Origin: Octopus vulgaris | Taxonomy: Eukaryota | Reading direction: 5' to 3' | Assembly: GCA_951406725.2 (NCBI GenBank) | Contig: OX597814.1 | Coordinates: 16,554,001-16,618,000, forward strand | Length of the DNA stretch: 64,000 nt | Shown here: piece by piece, positions 57,639 through 64,000 of the stretch | How positions within the stretch are numbered: position 1 is the first letter of the stretch | How the letters are laid out: every line of letters begins with the position of its first letter | The notes under the pieces: generated by a model | What the model saw: only the letters and a program-made list of their open reading frames with translations | What the model was told of the DNA's origin: nothing | Databases searched by the model: none | Position numbers and translations under genes: made by a program

Positions 57639-58403
57639 GGGAGAGAGTGAGGGGTGACGAAGGAGTAACAGGGAAAGATGTGGTGTTAAAATAACAAAAC
57701 AAACAGTAAACAAGAAAATGAAGATTATGTAAAATTTGAAAATTTTATCACAAAGAATATCAAAATACCAAATGCAATGTGTTAGTCGTAGCTGCGATAG
57801 TGGTTTGTCTTTTTGATCAATTCTCTGTATGCCGTTTATGGAGGAATGAAAACAAATACAATAGAATAGAATAAAATAATGTAAAATCTTTAATTATTTC
57901 TGCAACAGCAATCTCATCATCAACAAAAGCAACAACAAAAACAAACATCATGTATGACAACATCAACAACAATAATAATAGTAATAATAATAATTACAAC
58001 TACGATAACATATACGATGATAATATTAACAAAATATGACAACTAGCGACATCAACATCAGCATCTACATTAATAAATATAAGTCTATGAATAATAAGAT
58101 ATATGACAACATTCTCAACAATAGATATTAGACATTGACAATAACAACATTAAGAATAGTAACGACAACTACATCAACAACAATAACAATAACAGCCACA
58201 TCAAGTGTAACAAGCTTTCTTTGACAATGATATCACTAATATGAAAACCATGTCTGCTGTTGCTCATCGTGCTAGTAATAGCACCAAAATGTCCCCTTAA
58301 CAATTTTGCATAAAAAACATATATTGAATAGTACGGGGTATACTGATTTAGAAGAAGGAGGATATGGTCATGGCTGGTCTTTCCGGGCATTCTTGGAGTA
58401 TGT

Positions 58404-58785
58404 GGAAGCACTCCATCGGTTACGACGACGAGGGTTCCGGTTGATCCGAATCAACGGAACAGCCTGCTCGTGAAATTAACGTGTAAGTGGCTGAGCACTC
58501 CACAGACACGTGTACCCTTAACGTAGTTCGCGGGGATATTCAGCGTGACACAGAGAGTGACAAGGCCGGCCCTTCGAAATACAGGTACAACAGAAACAGG
58601 AAATAAGAGTGAGAGAAAGTTGTGGTGAAAGAGTACAGCAGGGATCACCACCATCCCCTGCCGGAGCCTCGTGGAGTTTTAGGTGTTTTCGCTCAATAAA
58701 CACTCACAATGCCCGGTCTGGGAATCGAAACCACGATCCTATGACCGCGAGTCCGCTGCCCTAACCACTGGGCCATTGCGCCTCC
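58404..58785 (-). mobile_element. SINE family A with 13-bp TSD
   Basis: attcttggagtat at 58389-58401 and 58787-58799. Confidence 0.93.
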
Positions 58786-58830
58786 TATTCTTGGAGTATA
58801 GCAATTGCATCAATATTATCAATTATAATT

Positions 58831-59695
58831 AAGGTGGCGAGTTGGCCGGACCGTTTGCATGCTGAGCAAAATGCTTTGCGGTAATTCGTCTGTACTTACG
58901 TTCTGAGTTCAAATTCCGCCGAGGTCCACTTTGCCTTTCATCCTTTCGGGGTCGATTAAATAGGTACCAGTTACGCACTGGGATCGATATAATCGACTTA
59001 ATCCGTTTGTCTGTCCTTGTTTGTCCTCTTTGTGTTTAGCCCCTTGTGGGTAGTAAAGAAATAGGTATTTCGTCCGTCTTTCAGTTCTCAGTTCAAATTC
59101 CACCGAGGTCGACTTTGCCTTACAATCTTTCGAGAGTCAAGAAAATAAATTCCTGTTAAGTCATGGCTTCGATGTAATCGGCTTAGCCTCGCCCTCAAAA
59201 TTTCTGGCATTGTAACAAAATTTGAGACCTATAATGTCAACTATAATTAAAGCGGCGAGCTGGCAGAATCGTTAGCATGGCGGGCAAAATTCTTAGCGGC
59301 ATTTCGTCCGTCTCTAAGGTCTCGGCTCAAATCCCACCGAGGTCGACATTGCCTTGCATTCTTTCGAGAGTCAAGAAAGTAAACACCTGTTGACTTCTGG
59401 CTTCGTGATAATTGGCTTCGTCCCTCATTCAAAATTTCTGGCCTTGTACCAATATTTGAAACCTGTAATGTCAACCGTCATTAAATCAGCGTGCTGGCAG
59501 AAATGTTCGCATGGCGGGGGAAAGGCTTAGCAGTATTTTTCCGTCTTTACGTTCTGTGATCAAATTCTTGCATGTCGACTTTGCCCTTCATATCTTCAGG
59601 GTGGATAAAATAAGCGCCAGTTCAACATTGGAAACGATTTTATCGACATTGCCCTTCCCCTGAAATTCTGACCTTCTAGCAAAATTTAAAACCAA
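58831..59695 (+). mobile_element. Tandem/nested cluster of four SINE family C units
   Basis: Units at ~58831, ~59065, ~59250 and ~59484. Confidence 0.8.
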
Positions 59696-60366
59696 TATTA
59701 TTCACCATAAAAAGGATTTGCATATAAACAATTTAATAATATGCAATAATTATATTAATTATCATAAATCATATTAACAATCATGGACTATCCTTTCCAC
59801 ATTGACACACTAGTGTCCAGTTGGTCGATCACCATCACAACGGGGAATTAACAGGCAACGTGACTGAGTATTAAACAGGAATGCATTTTATCATTGGTCT
59901 ACTCGATTCGGGTAAGCAGTGGTGGCGGTTGTGGTATTAACCCGTTACGGCAACAACAAATGCAACGACTGGCGATTACCTAACAAATTCAGGTAGTCAA
60001 ACAAATTGTGGACGTACTGGATAGTGTAGTCCTAGGTACAAAATAGGGATGAAGAAGCAAAATTGTCCATCACAAAAGAGATGTTAGGTTTGTTGCATTG
60101 AGTGGGTGGTATCGAAACTGTTAGATGGTTACCGAGTCGAACAAGGCTCGGTAATGGAAAGAAGTGAAATGCTCGTGAAAGTTTGTGTCTGCTAGTTCAT
60201 GGTGACCTTGTTTATCCACAAGTCAGCCCTGATCAGGCCAGCACATGAAGGTAATATCTCAGCTGTGATCTTCCTATATAAAGTATGTGTGTGTGTGTAA
60301 AACTCTTTGTACTTAAAAAGTGTGGATGTATGCGTGGTTGTGTGTATATATGTGTATATCTATCTT

Positions 60367-60433
<67 letters not shown>

Positions 60434-60631
60434 CAGCAAAATTAAGGAACGGTCATAATAGGCCGTTCAACCCACTAGAAATAGCAGCTAAGGCTTCAAC
60501 CGCAAAAAAGTATTATGGCCGTTCCTTAATTTTGCTGTTGAATTTATTAATAGTTTTTGACTATTTCCTTTTTCCCACTAGACCGCTGGTGGCAAATAAT
60601 TTCTGCTGAATTTTTTGCTACCCTATATTGA

Positions 60632-60637
<6 letters not shown>
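60434..60637. mobile_element. Short Penelope-like fold-back element in (TA)n/(GA)n
   Basis: 27-bp inverted arms 60434-60460 / 60511-60537 plus a tail ending ccctatatt; shares agaaatagcag with the 45871 element and ctagacc.ctggt with ~37825 (minus). Confidence 0.5.
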
Positions 60638-60671
<34 letters not shown>

Positions 60672-61149
60672 CACTTATAAATAGGGGCAAACGAAAAAAT
60701 TTCTAATGCCAAATATGCCGAAAATTGGACATATTTTCCATTTACCATATAATTATTTTCCCCAGTACGCACGCTACTCGAAAAAAGGCCGACAGAAATC
60801 TCTAAAAAATTCCATTATTACCATATCGGACCGATTTCAGGGTTAGTTTAAAAAGAACCCTCCCTTCGTGAGTAATACATGTGGCAAAGAAGTAAATGAG
60901 ATACTTACTCATACCCATGGAAGAAGCAAACACTAAGTCATGAGCACAACTAAGTACCCCAAATAAATCCAAAATAGAAATACTCCACCCCATTCAAGAC
61001 ACGTGCGATTTGAACTGAGGTACTCACAGAGTGGGAGAGTCCGGAAGTGAACACTATTAAATTTATATTAAATTTATAACACTATTAAATTTATATACAC
61101 TATTAAATTTATATATTTATAACACTATTAAATTTATATATTTATATAT

Positions 61150-61716
61150 TTTCCTGTAACAAGTGGATTATAAGTGGATAAATCAGTGTATTGGCTATAG
61201 AATAACCTTCTTTAGCCCTTAATTATAAGATGTTTATACTTCAACCGTAATGGGTTTTTTTAATATACTGCAACGCTTTTTGATGGAATCCTTTTCTGTA
61301 GAGAAAGGGACTTCATCCACTATTGTTAGTAGTAAACTCACTGCTTGTTACAAGGGGACCGGTAACCATTACAATAAGTAGCGGCGATTGGTCAACACGT
61401 TGTTCTGAGACTGACCAAGGAATTTTATTTTTAGATATAAATGATGTACTTAAATGTAGTTGTGTTTTAGCTTCTGCTTTTTCCATGATCACAAGTGAGT
61501 ATTTTATTTATGTTCCCTCGTAAGCTCTACTGAAGAAGAATATATCCTTTATAGGGATTAATTCCAAAATTAATTCAATATAGAGATAACGAAATTTAAA
61601 TTTTCTAAAGGTTAGTTGCCCGCTTTCAGTTCAATTTTCCTGTAGCAAGTGTATTATAAGTGGATAAATCAGTGTATTGGCTATAGAATAACCTTCTTTA
61701 GCCCTTAATTATAAGA
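61150..61716 (+). repeat. ~80-bp direct repeats flanking ~400 bp (possible tandem pseudo-LTR ends)
   Basis: ttttcctgta.caagtg...agcccttaattataagat at ~61150-61231 and ~61635-61716. Confidence 0.7.
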
Positions 61717-62214
61717 TATATATATATGTATATTCTATCGGTGTCGATAAATTTAATACCAGTTACGCACTGGAGTCGATGTAATCGACTTAATCCCTTT
61801 GTCTGTCCTTGATTGTCCCCTCTATGTTTAGCCCCTTATGGGCAATAAAGAAATAAGAATGTAGCAGTCCTACAAAGAAGATATTACTGTTGTTTTATCC
61901 CCAGGATGTATGTTGTGGTGTATGCATGTATGTATGTATGTATGTATGTATGTATGTATGTATGTATGTATGTTTCAGAGTGTAATTCTGTAACATGATT
62001 TGAGAGACATTCCGATAGTCCTTACGGGAGGACAAGCTACTCTTTACATTCTTACACGTTTTCTTGAGTGATGGTTCACATTAACCTCTTTGGAGAACCA
62101 CTAGGTGTATCTTTTAGTCGCATGGCTACGGGATGACTACCCACCGCATACTATATAAATTGGCTGCTCTGCCATTTGCGTTGCTGTTACAATAGTTCGA
62201 AAATGAAGGCGAAT

Positions 62215-62468
62215 GTTTGAGGAGTTAAGGTATTCGACACACTATCGTAAGAATGTTAATTTGATATCCAACGGCACGTTGTGTTTTTGAGCATGACACT
62301 TTATTTCACGCCATTTCAATCCACTCAGCTAGAAAATATGAGTTCTACATACAATTCAAACGGCCAGCCTTGTGGAGTGCTCAGCCACTTGCACGTTAAT
62401 TTCATGAGTAAGTTTTTCCGGTAATGATCTTGAACTGGAACACTCATCGTCGTAACCGAGGGAGCAAC
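62215..62468 (+). mobile_element. Old SINE with a family D head and a family A tail
   Basis: gttgtgtttttgagc...tttcacg...ccactcagct (D) followed by gtggagtgctcagccactt...cgtcgtaaccga (A). Confidence 0.65.
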
Positions 62469-62527
62469 GGCTTTTTTTTTAATCGAATATTTCGAAGCGC
62501 ATCCATACTTTGCGCGTATTGTTATCA

Positions 62528-62699
62528 GCGCAGATGTGGCTGTGTGGTAAGAAGCCTGCTTACCAGCCACATGCTTCCAGGTTCAGTCTCACTGCATGGC
62601 ATCTTGGGCAAGTGCCTTCTGCTATCGCCTCGGGCCGAGTAAAGCCCTGTGGGTGGATTTTGGTAGACGGAAACTGAAAGAAGCCTGTCATATATATGG

Positions 62700-62755
<56 letters not shown>

Positions 62756-62970
62756 GTGTGTATATGTTTGTGTGTCTGTGTTTGTACCCCAACATCGCTT
62801 GACAACCGATGCTGGTGTGTTTACGTCCCCGTAACTTAGCAGTTCGGCAAAAGAGACCGATAGAATAAGTACTAGGCTTCCAAAGAATAAGTCCTGGGGC
62901 GATTTGCTCGACTAAAGGTGGTGCACCAGTATGGCCACAGTCAAAAGACTGAAACAAGTAAAAGAGCAAA
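62528..62970 (+). mobile_element. SINE family B, full length
   Basis: Matches 46924-47330. Confidence 0.88.
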
Positions 62971-63453
62971 GTAAATGACTTCGAAAGAAAGACATATTGT
63001 ACAATACAATAAATATTATACAAGAATAATGGATCGCTTCAGGAGAGTTGAACTTGGATTAAACAAGAACAACTCCAAAAGAAAGTGATTTATGATAGAT
63101 ATTTTTGAAGTAGATGAAGAAATTATATGCAATAAATAAAGTAAGAATCAGAAGACTGGTCAGCACTAGGAACGACTGATATATGTAAAAAAAATATGAA
63201 TAAAAGAATTTTTGACTTGAGTTAACTGAAACAATTCGAAATGCTTCGCAGGTGACAAAGATACTTGCGAGGGCGAATACTACTTAGACAGGCGAAGATA
63301 TTCAAATGAAATTTATACCGCAGTCAAGAAGATTAGCGACAGAATGGCACAGGTCTCAATAATATGATGAGGTTGGTGATGAGCAGAAGCAATATTTCAT
63401 CTATGACATTCATGAATAAATATTATATAGATGATAAATAATGTATACTTGAG

Positions 63454-63487
<34 letters not shown>

Positions 63488-63693
63488 ATAAAAAAAATAT
63501 ATATATATATATATTTATATTTGTGTAATCATAAAGATTTATAAATAAATAATTATATAATATATATGCATATACATGGGCGTATGCATTTACAAATATA
63601 TATATGTTTGTGTGTCTGTGTGTGCATGTATGTATGTACGTGTGTGTTTATATTACAAATTTATATATATATAAATTATATATATATATATAA

Positions 63694-63745
<52 letters not shown>

Positions 63746-64000
63746 TTGTATGTATGTATGTATGTACGTATGTGTTTATATATACGCCTATATTCAATTA
63801 AAATCGAGAGGCATACTTATAAAATACCAAATGGCAACGTGCATAAATCTATCATATTGTACTCATGTATATAAACATTAAATTAATATGATAATAAATA
63901 TATCAGAAGAAATGAAAAAAATACGGACACTTCCATAGCCTGCTTCGAAAGCCTCAGTATGAACCAGATTAAGCATATGATTCCAAAAACATAACAAAGA

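Noticed and set aside
61050-61145. Short tandem acactattaaatttata repeats (similar case at 29070-29225)
   Set aside because: Ordinary slippage-derived minisatellites.

Overview
Eukaryotic, very AT-rich, repeat-dominated DNA with no recognisable host gene, rRNA, tRNA gene or CRISPR array. The repeat content (tRNA-derived SINEs, dense (AT)n/(AAT)n/(GATA)n tracts) resembles a cephalopod, probably Octopus, genome; this is inference from recall, not a search. Nearly all ORFs in the track are microsatellite or SINE artefacts. Real coding relics are transposon-derived: several divergent R4/Dong-type non-LTR retrotransposons (RT + CCHC + restriction-like endonuclease), mostly in (AAT)n tracts, plus RTE, CR1, Tx1/L1 and mariner fragments. 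Non-coding elements include a complete non-autonomous Helitron and four SINE families with shuffled modules. The most interesting signal is a set of short Penelope-like elements, mostly in (TA)n, carrying type I hammerhead-ribozyme folds with non-canonical cores, including an apparent G3-C8 compensatory swap. Other signals are a structured non-coding (AAT)n-associated element, recurrent tail-to-tail SINE/Dong pairs and (TA)n-hinged fold-back duplications. All translations and alignments were done by eye and coordinates of decayed elements are approximate.
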